DNA of 64,000 nt from Paludibacteraceae bacterium (lineage in GTDB: Bacteria > Bacteroidota > Bacteroidia > Bacteroidales > Paludibacteraceae), in assembly GCA_017391905.1 (NCBI GenBank), contig JAFOWX010000025.1, forward strand, positions 12,943 to 76,942, in the 5' to 3' direction. A program made the position numbers and the translations under genes. The notes under the pieces were generated by a model, which saw only the letters and a list, made by a program, of their open reading frames with translations, ran no database searches and was not told where the DNA came from. Below, piece after piece: positions 63,852 through 64,000 of the stretch. Numbering within the stretch: the stretch's first letter is position 1; the number at the start of each line of letters is the position of its first letter.

Positions 63852-63883
63852 GTGATTTATAGGCTAACAAATAGTTTTTAAGA

Positions 63884-64000
63884 TTAATACCTGTCGTCTA
63901 CACAATCGCGTTTAGACTTAGAAGTTTTGTAAACCTTAATATCAGCACTAAGACCTTCTTCTCTAAGTGATTCTTCTACAGTTTCAACAGCAAATCTTAC
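63884..64000 (-). CDS. 3' end of an unidentified gene (runs off the window)
   Basis: My translation: ...VRFAVETVEESLREEGLSADIKVYKTSKSKRDCVDDRY-stop, followed by a good terminator. Confidence 0.5.
   Translation of the reverse strand, partial: VRFAVETVEESLREEGLSADIKVYKTSKSKRDCVDDRY

Noticed and set aside
1-64000. A search for mobile elements, prophage, defence islands, rRNA/tRNA and riboswitches.
   Set aside because: I recognised no transposase, integrase, phage, restriction or toxin-antitoxin signatures in any ORF, and no conserved RNA motifs in the intergenic regions. The window appears to be core chromosome. Absence by eye is not proof and should be confirmed with Rfam, ISfinder and defence-system HMMs.

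Overview
This 64-kb chromosomal segment reads as a Bacteroidota genome. Supporting signs are TAnnTTTG-type -7 promoter boxes, a T9SS type-B cargo gene next to a PorP/SprF gene, and a dcw cluster without murF. I count about 55 protein genes, nearly all housekeeping. In order they are: slyD (partial), an lptD-like gene, an Amidase_3/SPOR amidase, mlaD, dnaA, miaA, rnhA, ybaN-like, recA, rlmB, an RluA-family synthase, an NfeD/SPFH pair, a pullulanase, Nif3 plus a zinc-ribbon partner, lpxB, surE, an ACT protein plus a PaaK-like ligase, pspC, uvrB and a YidE/YbjL-type transporter. These are followed by two tandem small beta-barrel paralogs, a 4140-aa SprB-repeat adhesin with an adjacent PorP/SprF gene, an acyltransferase pair resembling N-acyl amino-acid lipid synthesis genes, the dcw cluster (mraZ-rsmH-ftsL-ftsI-murE-mraY-murD-ftsW-murG::murC-ftsQ-ftsA-ftsZ), a Fur/PerR-like + mini-rubredoxin + reverse-rubrerythrin operon, and an LptF/G permease. 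I recognised no rRNA, tRNA, CRISPR array, transposase/integrase or obvious defence genes. I found no clear novel multi-gene system. The most unusual signals are: (1) a dispersed family of octamer-periodic repeats (GGTGATTC-like, always G-poor on the sense strand), sometimes joined to an 18-nt module ACAAGCTCAGTGACCGAA. It sits directly 5' of several start codons, and near-identical copies lie inside the coding linkers of the amidase and of uvrB; (2) MurG and MurC fused in one 878-aa ORF; (3) a short FtsA that appears to lack the 1C (SHS2) subdomain, alongside an atypical FtsZ C-terminal peptide; (4) an unannotated 39-aa rubredoxin-like ORF that duplicates the N-terminal module of the neighbouring rubrerythrin. 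All family assignments come from motif recognition by eye. No database search or structure prediction was run, and domain boundaries inside the giant gene are approximate.
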